64,000 nt of DNA from a virus (IMGVR_UViG_3300037424_001372:140837-204836), one strand, 5' to 3'. Numbered from the stretch's first letter, positions 39,638-51,259 are shown. Numbers and translations: made by a program. The notes: a model not told the origin generated them from the sequence alone.

Positions 39638-41485
39638 ATGGCAACCGAAATAAAAAATGTTGTACAATATGGTAATAGGACATTCAGTGAGATTAGAAGT
39701 GATTTAATATCATTAATTAAACAAATATATCCCGAAGTTTTATCGGATTTCACTGATTCTAGTGCAGGGGCGATGCTTATTGACTTAAATGCAGGTGTTA
39801 GTAATAACCTTAGCGTTAATACTGATAGGGCTTTTCAAGAAACTCAGTTAGAATATGCTCAACAAAGAGCGAATATTCTAAACATTGCTAAAAATATGGG
39901 CTTTAATATTCCTGCTCGTAGACCTAGTGTGACTGTAATTGATTTCACTGTTACCATTCCGGTTCTTGGTAATGCTCCTGATAGTTCTTATTATCCTGTT
40001 TTAAAAGCTGGTGCACAAATATTGGGCGGTGGAAAAATTTTTGAAACACAAAATAATATAGATTGGAGTTCAAGTGTTAGTGATTTAGGTGATCCCAATA
40101 GAAGTATAATTCCTAATTTAGATGTTAATGGAATTGTTAGAAGTTATTCCATAACAAAAAGAGAAGTTGTGATTAATGGTAGTAGTAATACTTATAAAAA
40201 AATTATTAATACTGGTGATGTTGTTTCATTTTTTTCATTAACTCTACCTGACCCAGATGTTTTAGAAATTGATAGCGTTTATTTGATGCAAGGAACTAAT
40301 TGGGCCAATAATCCATCTATTGATGATTATATTAATTATGGTGAAAGATTTTACGAAGTAGATTATTTGGCCCAACAACGAGTATTTGTTGAGAACACAC
40401 AATCATCGTTTGTTTCAACAAATACTAATAATATTAAATCAGCAATATGGATTGATATTACTAAAAAGTTTATTAAAGAATATACTGTTAAAGGTTATTG
40501 TAAATTAACATTTGGTTCTGGTGATTCCGAAACAAATGCTTTTAAAGATGGCTTATTAAAATCAGGTGTTAGTAATAAATATTTTCTCGATAATTTTTTA
40601 AATAATACTGCATTGGGTGAAAAATTAAAAGCTAATTACACATTATTTATAAATTATCGTACTGGTGGTGGTACCAGTTCTAATATCGGTTCAAACGTAT
40701 TAACGCAACTAGGTTCATATACACTAAGTGTTCACGGTGCTTCGCAATCGTTAAACAATAATATTCAAAGAAGTTTAAAAGTAACAAATCCAATTCCAGC
40801 AATTGGTGGTAATGACGGATTAAGTACTGAACAAATTAGACAATTGATTAAATATAATTTTAGTTCTCAACAAAGAGATGTTACGTTGACAGATTATCTA
40901 TTACAGGTATATAAAATGCCGGGTAAGTTCGGTTCACCATACCGTGCAAATGCATATAAATTAAATAATAAGGTTGTTATTTCAATGTTAGGTATTGGTG
41001 AAGACAGTAAGTTATCTAATACGAGTAATTCTTTGTTAAAAGATAATATTACTGAATACATTTCAAATTTTAGAATGGTTAATGATTATGTTGAAGTTAA
41101 GGATGGTAAAATATTTAATTTAGGTTTTGAAATCGATGTGTATACCAATAATGCTGCCAATAATCAAATTGCTAATAATATAATTAATATTGTGTCAGAA
41201 TATTTTAATATTGTTAATAATAGTATGAATACTGATGTGTTCTTAGGATTATTGCTGAAAAAAATATTGGAAGCTAACGGTGTTATAAATGTAATAAATA
41301 TTAAGGTGTTTAATAAGGTGGGTGGATTATATTCGACCAACACAATAGGACAAACAATATCAAACACATCAACAGGGGAAATATTAATTCAAAACAATAC
41401 AATTTACTCTGAACCAGATTCTATGTTTGAAATTAAATATCCACAAAAAGATATTAAAGTTATATTAAGAAAGAGTATTAATTAA
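39638..41485 (+). CDS. Baseplate wedge protein, gp6/baseplate-J-like
   Basis: Y..RTF..IR..L, DF...S.G.MLIDL, AQQR..I..IA...G, GG.D..S.E.IR, Q.R.VT..DY. Confidence 0.85.
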   Translation: MATEIKNVVQYGNRTFSEIRSDLISLIKQIYPEVLSDFTDSSAGAMLIDLNAGVSNNLSVNTDRAFQETQLEYAQQRANILNIAKNMGFNIPARRPSVTVIDFTVTIPVLGNAPDSSYYPVLKAGAQILGGGKIFETQNNIDWSSSVSDLGDPNRSIIPNLDVNGIVRSYSITKREVVINGSSNTYKKIINTGDVVSFFSLTLPDPDVLEIDSVYLMQGTNWANNPSIDDYINYGERFYEVDYLAQQRVFVENTQSSFVSTNTNNIKSAIWIDITKKFIKEYTVKGYCKLTFGSGDSETNAFKDGLLKSGVSNKYFLDNFLNNTALGEKLKANYTLFINYRTGGGTSSNIGSNVLTQLGSYTLSVHGASQSLNNNIQRSLKVTNPIPAIGGNDGLSTEQIRQLIKYNFSSQQRDVTLTDYLLQVYKMPGKFGSPYRANAYKLNNKVVISMLGIGEDSKLSNTSNSLLKDNITEYISNFRMVNDYVEVKDGKIFNLGFEIDVYTNNAANNQIANNIINIVSEYFNIVNNSMNTDVFLGLLLKKILEANGVINVINIKVFNKVGGLYSTNTIGQTISNTSTGEILIQNNTIYSEPDSMFEIKYPQKDIKVILRKSIN

Positions 41486-41661
41486 TGGAAGTAATAAAAA
41501 AAGAAATATTACAAGCAGTTACTACTGGTATAACAACAACTACCTCTGGGTATGAATATATTATTATACCTGATTTAAATGCTGTTTATCATATTAAAAT
41601 TGGGTTAGAACAAACTGCACAAGATTATGGATTTTTCGATTCATTTATTGATAATACTTAA
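41485..41661 (+). CDS. Small hypothetical protein (58 aa, not in the ORF track)
   Basis: TAATG overlap; MEVIKKEILQAVTTG...QDYGFFDSFIDNT*. Confidence 0.5.
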   Translation: MEVIKKEILQAVTTGITTTTSGYEYIIIPDLNAVYHIKIGLEQTAQDYGFFDSFIDNT

Positions 41662-41754
41662 TTATGATGAAAAGTATTGTAAATATAAAAAAGAAATAAT
41701 TGATAGTTAGAAATAAAATCAAAAAAAAGTTATTCTTATAAAATAGTTTAATTT

Positions 41755-42192
41755 ATGATAACAGGGGTAACAAACAATAGTAGATTAATCGAATTAAAAA
41801 AATATGTTGTTGGAGTACCTTTTGCTCGGCAATATAAAGGATATGGTAGTTGGAATGTTGATGGTGTTGATTACGATAACTCACCATCCGAAAATCATGC
41901 GATTTATTATCTTGGCGGAATTCAATTTACCGATATTAAAAATGATAATATTGTTACAACAATATTTGCTTATAATATGAATAATGATAATAATTTTATT
42001 AATACACCATATTATAAAAATTCAAATAAGGATAAAATTATTAGCAATCCAAAAATTAATGATGATGTATTTATTAGTAGAAATGGATTATCAGCATTTG
42101 GTGATAATTATAAATTCGAATTTATTAAAAATTTAAACGATTTGACAACATATGCTGGTGGTAAATATTTTAATGTAATTAATAATTCATAA
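41755..42192 (+). CDS. Hypothetical structural-region protein
   Basis: 145-aa ORF within the baseplate cluster. Confidence 0.55.
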   Translation: MITGVTNNSRLIELKKYVVGVPFARQYKGYGSWNVDGVDYDNSPSENHAIYYLGGIQFTDIKNDNIVTTIFAYNMNNDNNFINTPYYKNSNKDKIISNPKINDDVFISRNGLSAFGDNYKFEFIKNLNDLTTYAGGKYFNVINNS

Positions 42193-42281
42193 AAAAAAAA
42201 CAAATTCATTCCTTGGAATGTTAATATTAACGAGAGAACAAATCGTTCGATAAGTGAAAATAAATTAAAATTGATAATATT

Positions 42282-43187
42282 GTGGCTATTGGAGTATATG
42301 GTACTATAAGAGCAGCAGACGTTAGTGTTGATGATATTGATATTTATTACAGTTATACCCCTAATAGGGAATCTATTGGGGGTAATATAATTAAATTGAA
42401 TGCATCTCAACTACTATCATATAATTATCTTCCAAATGATGAACAAATCGTTGGTAATGAAAATATTTTAGAAGGTTTATATAATTTAAGATTACCTGCA
42501 ACAGTATTTAGTCAACTAGGAATATATACTGTTTATATTAAACCTAAAACAGTTACTACTGCTATTATTGATTGTAGTGTTTTATCATCATTACCATCGG
42601 TTAAAGGTATTGTTTTAGATATGAACCAATTACCCGAGGGTTTAAGGGCCAATAATTCGTTACAAGGGTATAGGATTGAATATGTTGATCAAACTAGTGG
42701 TTTGAAAGTTAGAAATTTGGTTCGTTATGTCGTAACTTCCAATAAAGTTGTCCCAGTTAGTGAAAATGTTGGTAATACCAGTCAAAAAGCAATTAGATAT
42801 AGATTCGATGATTCAGGAACCTTAATCTTTGTTCAATTAACTCCAAGCAGTTCGAGCGATGTTAAACCAAATGCTACGTTATTTATCGGCAACCCTGATC
42901 AAACAATATTAATTTCAAACACCTTTTTTAGTCCATTGGTACTTGAAATTAACATGGTTCAAAACACTATTGATACTTTAACTAATTTTGTTGCTGGTGA
43001 ACAGGTTAAGGATGTTAATAATGGTGTGTTAAGTTATTATGATGAAAATCGTGTAATAACGAGACAATTTAATATTTATGAAATTAAAGATAATGTTAAT
43101 GATGTTCCCTTATATGAGGTTAAGGAACTTAGAAGTAACATTGACGAATCTCAAAGCTTTGATGAAATAATAAGTGATGTTCAATAA
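42282..43187 (+). CDS. Putative baseplate/tail structural protein (GTG start)
   Basis: 301-aa beta-rich ORF in the baseplate cluster. Confidence 0.6.
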   Translation: MAIGVYGTIRAADVSVDDIDIYYSYTPNRESIGGNIIKLNASQLLSYNYLPNDEQIVGNENILEGLYNLRLPATVFSQLGIYTVYIKPKTVTTAIIDCSVLSSLPSVKGIVLDMNQLPEGLRANNSLQGYRIEYVDQTSGLKVRNLVRYVVTSNKVVPVSENVGNTSQKAIRYRFDDSGTLIFVQLTPSSSSDVKPNATLFIGNPDQTILISNTFFSPLVLEINMVQNTIDTLTNFVAGEQVKDVNNGVLSYYDENRVITRQFNIYEIKDNVNDVPLYEVKELRSNIDESQSFDEIISDVQ

Positions 43188-43206
43188 TAAATGTGTTTAA
43201 TGTAGT

Positions 43207-43238
43207 AAAATCCCAGCTATTTGAGTTGGGATTTTTTA
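43207..43238 (+). terminator. Intrinsic terminator
   Basis: AAAATCCCAGCT-ATTTG-AGTTGGGATTTT plus T-run. Confidence 0.75.
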
Positions 43239-43268
43239 TTTTATTGTATTTATGAAAAATTGTTAATC

Positions 43269-46200
43269 GTGGCAAAAGTAAAGGTTATTAATACGCAACT
43301 TAATGAGAATTTGAATGGTAGTTATTTCAACGATACTCCTTCAAATACGATATTTTCATTTGGAAAATTTTTTGTTACAACTAATTTTGATAATAAAAAA
43401 ACAATAAATTATACCAACACATTAAGTTCATTTGTTACTCCGGTTACATTAGATAGTCTTAATATTAATGAAATACAATCTCAAATATTAACTGAATACA
43501 ACAATAATGTTGTATTAAATCTTGATAAATCTGATTTAAATACCTTTGTCAGATTTGGTTCTGCATATGAGTTTTTAAGAGTTTCAATACAGAATATTAT
43601 ATTAAATTATCCCGGGAGTTTATTTTTTAATTCACAAAAGTTTTTCCAAAATAGCTATAATCATAAAACTGTTTATGGTGTTAGTTATGATGAAATTAAT
43701 AACATTACCACATTATTCCCTTATGTTAATGTTGTTGATAATGTTTTTGGTATTGTTTATAATGATAACAATACTAGTCTTCCAGACGATAAAGAATTGA
43801 AAAATTTAAACATATCTTATGAAAACTATGTTTTATGGTCAATATCCGATCCCAATTCATATTATGAAATAATTGGTTTTACAGGTAACACAATTAATAG
43901 TGTTACATATTATGAAGATTCTGGATTACCTCAAAATAGTTTTTTAAGAGTTCAAGTAAAAGGCAATCCTTTTGGTGCTCTTGGAACCGGAGATAGTTTT
44001 TATTATGATTATCATATACGACCCAATATTGTTGTTTTCGAAGAATTTAGATCATTATTAAATTCTTATGAAAAAAATATTGTCTCTAAAAGAGATAATA
44101 ACGAAGGTTTTAATTTTACTTTGAAAGACCCTATATTATTAGAAGATGGTGATATTGTATATAAAGATTCTTTAATGGTATGGGCAACAAGTGATAAATA
44201 TAATATTGATATTAACACCCCTTCTTATCAAAAATTTCTAACAATAGTGTTGTCCATAGGTACTAAATATGATAAAATAAAAACAGATTTAATTGCAAGA
44301 TTTTTAACCCCTTCATCATTAAAAGCATATGATTTAACAGAAGAGGGTAAAATATCTAAGTTGTTAAGAATATATGGTAGAGAATTTGATCAACTTAGAC
44401 AATTTATTGATTCATTAGTTAATATTAATAAATTAAGTTATGACAAGGTAAATAATATACCGGACCAATTAATCAAGAATTTAGCAACAACATTCGGATG
44501 GGAATATTTTTCATTAATTAATGAAGAGGAATTTATTGAAACAATACTAACTACAGATAATAACGAACGCAGTTTAACAGAAGAAACCCTTCCAAGTGAA
44601 ATTGATATTGAATTATGGAGAAGAATTATTATAAATGCTAGTTATTTTTGGAAAACTAAGGGTACTAGACAAGCATTAAAATCAATATTTTTATTAATAG
44701 GTATTCCAGAACCATTTATTAATATTACCGAATATGTCTATACTGTAGATGGTAAAATTGACCCCAATAGTGTTGAATTAAATATAACAGATTTTCCAAC
44801 AAATTCATTACCATATGATAATAATGGCTATCCTGTAGCTCCTTTAGAAACTTCTGATTTTTATTTTCAAATTAGCGGTAATTCTGATGCGGGACAGGCT
44901 TATCTTGATGTGTTTAGAATGGCGGGGTTTAATTTAAAACAAACCGAAGATAATAAAAAATCTTGGATTCAAACCGGCTCAACTACTAGAATCCATAATA
45001 CAACGCCACAATATTATCAAGAAGATAGTAAATTAGTTATTAATACTAAAGAAGTTGATATTGCTCTTGATACTGCCCGTGGTATTGAATATGATGTCTA
45101 TGAGTACATAAAAAAAGATTTTATTGCTAACAGTACCGGTTATACTCTACAATATTCTTTTGTTAATATATCATTGGATTATACTGATAATAAAAATACT
45201 TTTACATTACCATCAAGATATGATAAAGTTCAGGGTGATTTAGAAGTTAGATATAATGGTATTTTATTGAACGGTCCTAAATTTAATGAAAATACTCTTG
45301 ATTTATCAAGAGCTGATTATAGTGCTACCACAAATTCATTCACATTGTTGAACAATAATTATGCGATTAATTCTAGTGATAGAAGGGATGTTGTTGAAGC
45401 AAGTTTTATATATTCAGGCTATACTGCCGTAACAGGTATTACCGTACAATATGTCGTTACTAGAATGAATTATATTAATGGGGCGGCAACAATTTTATTA
45501 CCTAGCGCAGCCAAAGGCGATATACAACTAACCATTAATGGTATTGCATTAACAAAAAGCACTTCACAGTTTGTAGGAGATTATTCAGTTGATGTCAATG
45601 ATAATAGTCTGATCTATATCCAAAATCAAGATGTTATTAAATATTTAAAACAAAACCCCGAAATTCAAGTCGCATATATTAATGTTATCGGCAGTGATGA
45701 CATTAATATGCGAAGTGAAATTTTTAGGGTAGATAGTTTTAATTCAAGTAAAATATATTTTAATGCATCAGCTAATAAATATGTTTATAAACTAAATTAT
45801 AAGATTAATAATACTAGCGATGTTAAGTTTTTAATTGATGGAATTGGATTGGAACCATCTAAAGATTATAGTATAAATATTCAAAATCCATATGAAATAT
45901 TTTTACCTAAAGGTATTAAATATGGTAGTGTAATAAGTGCTTATTATTTGGTTGGTGGTGAAGGTGCTTATGATCCAGTTATTAGTGATGATTTTGGTTT
46001 GGGTGATATTAGTCAATTATCATTTTTAGAATTTCTTGAATTAGTACAACGTAAAATGGTCAATGTTAGAACAAGAAAAACTGTTACAGATTTTAAAGGC
46101 GGTTGGTATTCATCAATATTGAGAATTTATGAAGTTTACTTAAAAAAAGCGTTGCTTGATGAAAACAATCCATTACAATCAAACGGATATACTTTTCAAA

Positions 46201-48005
46201 ATCTATACCCCTTTTTAAGTAAATATAATGCATTTTTCCAACGTTTTGTTGACCAATTATTACCTGCAACAATAATTTTAAAGAAAAGCGGTTTATTGAT
46301 TAGGAATAGTATATTCACCAAACAAAAACATTGGTATAAAAGAGGTGTGAACATACCCAATCCCTATGATTTAAGCAAGGATATTAGAGGTAATGCACTG
46401 TTGCAATATTATGGTGATGACGGTTCGAATTTTAAAATCGTTCAAACTGGTGAAACTTTTTATGTTCCACCTATTGAATGTGATATTGATTTTTCATACA
46501 CAATAAGCGGTCAAGAATTTCCCTCTGTTCCATGTGCTTCAACGCTTAATCTAAGCCTTAGTGCCGATACCCCTCCAATATTGAAAATTGATTATAATCT
46601 AAGTAGTGATATTGGTTCTAATTATGGATATATTGAAATTCTTTTAAATAATGGAATATTTAAAAGAATATTAATACAATCAGATTCAAATTCTAGTATA
46701 GAATTTAGTGCATATACCGGTGGTACTTATGCTGTAAAACTATATGATTATGTCTCGACATCAAATTGCTTACTTGAAAAATCAATATATAGTGATGTAT
46801 CAATTCCTTTTTGTATGGCAAGTGCTGTTGTTGCTCAAAATGGTATCACAACAGATCGATTTGGTCGAATTGCCGGTGGTACTATATCAGTTAGCGATAT
46901 TTATAAAACAGGTCTTGTTGAGGGCAAATTAATTGTTAGATTATATGAATGGGGATATCCTAGTTATCGATATATTGGTGGTAAAACTTTTGAACATGGC
47001 GATATCATTACCGATATTGTTTTTGATAATGAAGATATTTTTATGGATAATTTATATATTGTTAGATTAATTGATAATAGTGCTATTGATGAATGTGTTG
47101 TTGAATATCAGGTTACAATAACTGATCAACCAAGTGATGCTACTATTACCGCAACGATAACAAGTGGTGTTGATAATAATATTGGATGGATTAAGGTAGC
47201 AAATCCATTAGTTACCTATAATTTAGGTACTACTAGTAATGATGTTGAAATTATCTTATTGGGTGCTAACACAAATATTAGTATTCCTAATGTTTATTTA
47301 AATAGTGATATGGAATATACTGGAGAGTATAATATACCTGTTTATGTACCAAGCAATAATTCCACCGAACAATTCTTAATAACAATAAGTGCAATACATG
47401 ATACTGTTGAAAATAGTATAACCATAAGTAATTTGCCTAATGATATTTTTAACGTTCGAGTAAAAGATAATGTTATTGGATTATTTGAAATTAGCGAAAA
47501 TCGTACAATTATAGGTAGTTGGGATATTGATAGTTTGGTTAATCATAGTACTGATGTAACTGCAAACATTGTTAATCTTCAATTAATCGAAGGTGATGCC
47601 GTAACATACAATAATGTTACTAATATCAATTTTCAAATTATTATGAGTATTAATTATAGTGATAATGGAAGGTATTTTGGTCCTTATGTTCTTAATGAAG
47701 AAACATTTAATGGTAAACAAGAAGTTTGGTATTATCCGAATATTAAAACGGGTGGATATACAACGGATGAAATTGGTACTTATATTCGTATGGAATATTC
47801 ACAGACCGATAACAAATATATTGGTTCATTCCAAGTAAGGCAAAATAGTAATTGGTATAATAATATTTATAATAATATTACACCGACAGTGATTGAAATG
47901 AGTACTAGTTATGATACTATTAGTGAGTCACCTGTTAATGATGTCACTAATTTATATGTAGAACCAATCCCAGCAAACGTTACATTATTATTAAAACCAC
48001 ATTAA
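43269..48005 (+). CDS. Large baseplate wedge protein (P2 gpI/gp7-like core) with C-terminal Ig/SprB-like extension
   Basis: FWKTKGTRQALKSIF.LIG.P core motif; GTG 43269 lies 15 nt after TATTTAT. Confidence 0.65.
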   Translation: MAKVKVINTQLNENLNGSYFNDTPSNTIFSFGKFFVTTNFDNKKTINYTNTLSSFVTPVTLDSLNINEIQSQILTEYNNNVVLNLDKSDLNTFVRFGSAYEFLRVSIQNIILNYPGSLFFNSQKFFQNSYNHKTVYGVSYDEINNITTLFPYVNVVDNVFGIVYNDNNTSLPDDKELKNLNISYENYVLWSISDPNSYYEIIGFTGNTINSVTYYEDSGLPQNSFLRVQVKGNPFGALGTGDSFYYDYHIRPNIVVFEEFRSLLNSYEKNIVSKRDNNEGFNFTLKDPILLEDGDIVYKDSLMVWATSDKYNIDINTPSYQKFLTIVLSIGTKYDKIKTDLIARFLTPSSLKAYDLTEEGKISKLLRIYGREFDQLRQFIDSLVNINKLSYDKVNNIPDQLIKNLATTFGWEYFSLINEEEFIETILTTDNNERSLTEETLPSEIDIELWRRIIINASYFWKTKGTRQALKSIFLLIGIPEPFINITEYVYTVDGKIDPNSVELNITDFPTNSLPYDNNGYPVAPLETSDFYFQISGNSDAGQAYLDVFRMAGFNLKQTEDNKKSWIQTGSTTRIHNTTPQYYQEDSKLVINTKEVDIALDTARGIEYDVYEYIKKDFIANSTGYTLQYSFVNISLDYTDNKNTFTLPSRYDKVQGDLEVRYNGILLNGPKFNENTLDLSRADYSATTNSFTLLNNNYAINSSDRRDVVEASFIYSGYTAVTGITVQYVVTRMNYINGAATILLPSAAKGDIQLTINGIALTKSTSQFVGDYSVDVNDNSLIYIQNQDVIKYLKQNPEIQVAYINVIGSDDINMRSEIFRVDSFNSSKIYFNASANKYVYKLNYKINNTSDVKFLIDGIGLEPSKDYSINIQNPYEIFLPKGIKYGSVISAYYLVGGEGAYDPVISDDFGLGDISQLSFLEFLELVQRKMVNVRTRKTVTDFKGGWYSSILRIYEVYLKKALLDENNPLQSNGYTFQNLYPFLSKYNAFFQRFVDQLLPATIILKKSGLLIRNSIFTKQKHWYKRGVNIPNPYDLSKDIRGNALLQYYGDDGSNFKIVQTGETFYVPPIECDIDFSYTISGQEFPSVPCASTLNLSLSADTPPILKIDYNLSSDIGSNYGYIEILLNNGIFKRILIQSDSNSSIEFSAYTGGTYAVKLYDYVSTSNCLLEKSIYSDVSIPFCMASAVVAQNGITTDRFGRIAGGTISVSDIYKTGLVEGKLIVRLYEWGYPSYRYIGGKTFEHGDIITDIVFDNEDIFMDNLYIVRLIDNSAIDECVVEYQVTITDQPSDATITATITSGVDNNIGWIKVANPLVTYNLGTTSNDVEIILLGANTNISIPNVYLNSDMEYTGEYNIPVYVPSNNSTEQFLITISAIHDTVENSITISNLPNDIFNVRVKDNVIGLFEISENRTIIGSWDIDSLVNHSTDVTANIVNLQLIEGDAVTYNNVTNINFQIIMSINYSDNGRYFGPYVLNEETFNGKQEVWYYPNIKTGGYTTDEIGTYIRMEYSQTDNKYIGSFQVRQNSNWYNNIYNNITPTVIEMSTSYDTISESPVNDVTNLYVEPIPANVTLLLKPH

Positions 48006-48016
48006 TTAAAATTAGA

Positions 48017-48832
48017 ATGAGCAGAGATATAAATTATAATGTGAATACGATTCATTTACCTGTAACGGTTAAATTAATTGATACTGGTGGTAATGTTATT
48101 CAACAAAATAACCATAGCGATAATGGTAGTTATACATTTAGTAATGTAGATGCTGGTAATTATTCGATTAATGTGGTTGATAATGAAAATTGTGGCTATG
48201 ATACCATTACAACAATACCTACTGATGTCGATTTTACTTGTAATATTAATGCTAATGTAATATCACCACATGCAGGTGAAATTAGTATTGATCAAGTCGC
48301 AATCACAAATCCATCGATATTATCAACAAATCCTGTATTGGTTTATGTTTATAAAAGGGTCGATATAACACAAATCAATTGGTATTATGAGGTTGTTTAT
48401 CATAAAAAATATTATGCTGCTCCCGGTACCGGTATATCTATTTATGATTTGGAAGGTGGTGATTATCATGTTTTATTACATGACACATCATCAGAGGCTA
48501 AATGTTATTTTAATACCGATATTCATGTTGCTCAGATAATTCCATGTAATTTAAATTACGATATTTGGACCGAGCCGGGGGAAGAAAATGTCAACATGTT
48601 TTATATTACTGCATATGTAACCGATCCCAGTATACAAACTTGGGCAGAAGTTGAAATAATGTATGGTGGTAACGTATATGAAGGTACTGCCGGGCCTACT
48701 AGAGAAACTGCAGCATTTTTTTATAACATCCCCTATCATCAACACATATCTATTTTGATAATAGATAATACTTCAACAGAGCTTTGTACTGCAGTGATTG
48801 AATATATTTATCGCCCATATGGTAGGTCATAA
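48017..48832 (+). CDS. Beta-sandwich repeat protein with SprB-like repeats
   Basis: AGNYSINVVDNENC and GGDYHVLLHD..C units. Confidence 0.5.
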   Translation: MSRDINYNVNTIHLPVTVKLIDTGGNVIQQNNHSDNGSYTFSNVDAGNYSINVVDNENCGYDTITTIPTDVDFTCNINANVISPHAGEISIDQVAITNPSILSTNPVLVYVYKRVDITQINWYYEVVYHKKYYAAPGTGISIYDLEGGDYHVLLHDTSSEAKCYFNTDIHVAQIIPCNLNYDIWTEPGEENVNMFYITAYVTDPSIQTWAEVEIMYGGNVYEGTAGPTRETAAFFYNIPYHQHISILIIDNTSTELCTAVIEYIYRPYGRS

Positions 48833-48876
48833 TAATTAAATATAAATAAATAAGTATTTATTATAAATTCTGAGAA

Positions 48877-50163
48877 ATGGCATTCATTGAAGATAAAGAC
48901 CCAATAGTTTTAAATATTAAATTAACCTCAAAAGGCAGAGAATTATTGGCAGGAGGTAATTTAGATTTTAAATATTTTGCATTAGGTGATAGTGAAATTG
49001 ATTATAAATTTAATGCTGATGTAAAGACTATTGATAGCAATTATTCAGCATTTGATTCAAGAATATTAAGACCTGCTGATAAAAATGCTAATATAATCTC
49101 TTTTATTAATAGAAATTTAAGCGGTAATTCATTTAATGAATTATCTTCAGTACCTATTGCAGCATATGCTGTTGAAAATCAAACCGAACCAATCGGATTT
49201 TTTAATAATGATTTAACTAAATTTAATTATGATTCAAATCATGTTAAACAACCCGATATTATTATTTCGATGGATAGTTTGGGTGGTGATGATGTTCTTC
49301 GTTTACAAAAATCTCTTGATTATGGTGGGAGTCTTCTTGAGCCGACAGTTGGTGATATTTTATTGGTTAATTGGGGTTATGTCAATAGTACTTATGATGA
49401 ATATAATTTTAATATTAATAAACCATTACCATATTTATTTTATAAAATAACCGAAATTATTGAAGGTAGTTTAGCTACAGATAGTAGCTTATCACCGTTT
49501 CATGTTCGTGTAGATAGAGATACACCTAAATTTGTTGAACTGGGTTATGTTGGAAAGGAATCACGAGCAATGGTATATTATAATGAAATTAATTATAGTG
49601 CAGGAACAATTACTCAATTATCGCCTACCGATTATTTGAACGAAAGCGTATTATCTTTTTTAGAAAATAATCAATGTCCAACAGTTGTTTTTCCATATTG
49701 GAACATGTCTATAATTTACACCGAAGAAATTGCTGGAGTTCAAGCAGGTGACTTCAAATATACGTTATTTAACACAAAAAATTTTGGTGGATTTGTATCA
49801 TATATACAAAATCAGGCACCTAGTATAAAAAAAATGGGTATTATACATTATACCAATTCAAGTCCTGCTAATGTATATGGTGAAGGATTTTTACAAAATT
49901 CCCCTGTTTTATATATCCCAACAATAATGTGGCACAAATCAAGTGAAACCAAATTAGGTATTACTTTATCAGCATTAGGTGGTCAACAACTTTTAACTGG
50001 TTTAAATTTATATTATTACGACCTTGCAGATGAAAATGATTTCATTGTTGGAAAAGTATTTAACGATTTAAAAATTTTTATTATTGAAGACCAAGAATTA
50101 TTGTTTGCAATGTCTTATAAATCAAATAGGTCTTGGACATTGCCCGACTATGATATAGTTTAA
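48877..50163 (+). CDS. Conserved tail/baseplate-region structural protein
   Basis: N-terminal KLTSKGRELLA.G...FKYFALGDSEIDY motif. Confidence 0.6.
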   Translation: MAFIEDKDPIVLNIKLTSKGRELLAGGNLDFKYFALGDSEIDYKFNADVKTIDSNYSAFDSRILRPADKNANIISFINRNLSGNSFNELSSVPIAAYAVENQTEPIGFFNNDLTKFNYDSNHVKQPDIIISMDSLGGDDVLRLQKSLDYGGSLLEPTVGDILLVNWGYVNSTYDEYNFNINKPLPYLFYKITEIIEGSLATDSSLSPFHVRVDRDTPKFVELGYVGKESRAMVYYNEINYSAGTITQLSPTDYLNESVLSFLENNQCPTVVFPYWNMSIIYTEEIAGVQAGDFKYTLFNTKNFGGFVSYIQNQAPSIKKMGIIHYTNSSPANVYGEGFLQNSPVLYIPTIMWHKSSETKLGITLSALGGQQLLTGLNLYYYDLADENDFIVGKVFNDLKIFIIEDQELLFAMSYKSNRSWTLPDYDIV

Positions 50164-50231
50164 TATCAACTATGATTATTATGGTAGAGGTATCATGTAA
50201 ATATAAATAATAAGATTAAAAACAAATTGAA

Positions 50232-50984
50232 ATGACTGGATATACAGCATTTATTACATATGAACTGGTGTCACTTACAGGATATTGTCAATCTATTCAT
50301 TGTAATTATATTAAAAAGATTAATTTGGGTACTGCGAATCCATATACTCAAACAATTAATTTAAATTTCCCAAACACAAATGATTTTAGATTTTTATCAT
50401 CGGATTTAAATATTATCAATACACAAGGTACTGGTTTTACTGCAAATGAAATATATGCAATAGTTCAAATAGTCGATAACAGTAATTTCTTATCTGAAGA
50501 TGAAATTAAACCAGATTCAACTTTATGGAAAAAATATGACATGACTTCACAAATTAGTGGTTATGTTGATGATTTATCTTTTTTCTTAACACCATCAAAT
50601 TTAACGTCATTAGTATTTAAAATTCCGCTATTGGATTATAATAACATTAATTTATTTGCATTATATGATTTAGCTTATCTTAATTATCATAATTTAAATA
50701 ATTCGGACGAATTCTTAAGTTTTGGTGATGAGACATTTTTTTTCGGTAATGTCTCTACTCAAATAAAAGCAGATGTTTATACCACCGATATTAATATCTT
50801 TTTATCATTGAACGAATTCAATTCCACAACCAATAAAACTTGGAACGGTAATGAGACTGTTTATATCAGTGAAATTGGTATTTACGATAGTAATTATAAT
50901 TTAGTCGCCATTGGTAAATTAAATAACCCAGTTGCTAAAGATGCGACAATTTCCCGTACAATTATGTTTGAATTAGATTTTTAA
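50232..50984 (+). CDS. Tail/baseplate-region structural protein
   Basis: C-terminal VYISEIGIYD....LVAIGKL..PV.K motif, typical of collar/fibre-attachment proteins. Confidence 0.6.
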   Translation: MTGYTAFITYELVSLTGYCQSIHCNYIKKINLGTANPYTQTINLNFPNTNDFRFLSSDLNIINTQGTGFTANEIYAIVQIVDNSNFLSEDEIKPDSTLWKKYDMTSQISGYVDDLSFFLTPSNLTSLVFKIPLLDYNNINLFALYDLAYLNYHNLNNSDEFLSFGDETFFFGNVSTQIKADVYTTDINIFLSLNEFNSTTNKTWNGNETVYISEIGIYDSNYNLVAIGKLNNPVAKDATISRTIMFELDF

Positions 50985-51060
50985 TTTAATTAATGATCAT
51001 ATAATTTTTTATAAATTCTTAGTATTTATTATAAAATTATATTAATTAAATTAATTAAAT

Positions 51061-51258
51061 ATGAAAGAAACAATTACCACCATCGATATAAAACCAAAAT
51101 GTATTATTATCGATGGTGAGTTACATCAAAAATTTAAAATTTTATGTAAAGGTAAAAATCTAAAAATAGGTGGGGCAATTGAGGATTTAATACAGCTGTA
51201 TATCAGCAATCCTAAAAAAACTCAAACATTAATTGAAGAAGCAAAAGAATTAAAATAA
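51061..51258 (+). CDS. Small putative ribbon-helix-helix DNA-binding protein
   Basis: K.I.ID.ELHQKFKILC......I...IE.LI. Confidence 0.6.
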   Translation: MKETITTIDIKPKCIIIDGELHQKFKILCKGKNLKIGGAIEDLIQLYISNPKKTQTLIEEAKELK

Positions 51259-51259
51259 T

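Noticed and set aside
50164-50231. Programmed frameshift joining 48877 and 50232 (and similarly 41485 with 41755)
   Set aside because: Stops in the relevant frames and no slippery site identified; a gene split cannot be shown without homologue alignments.
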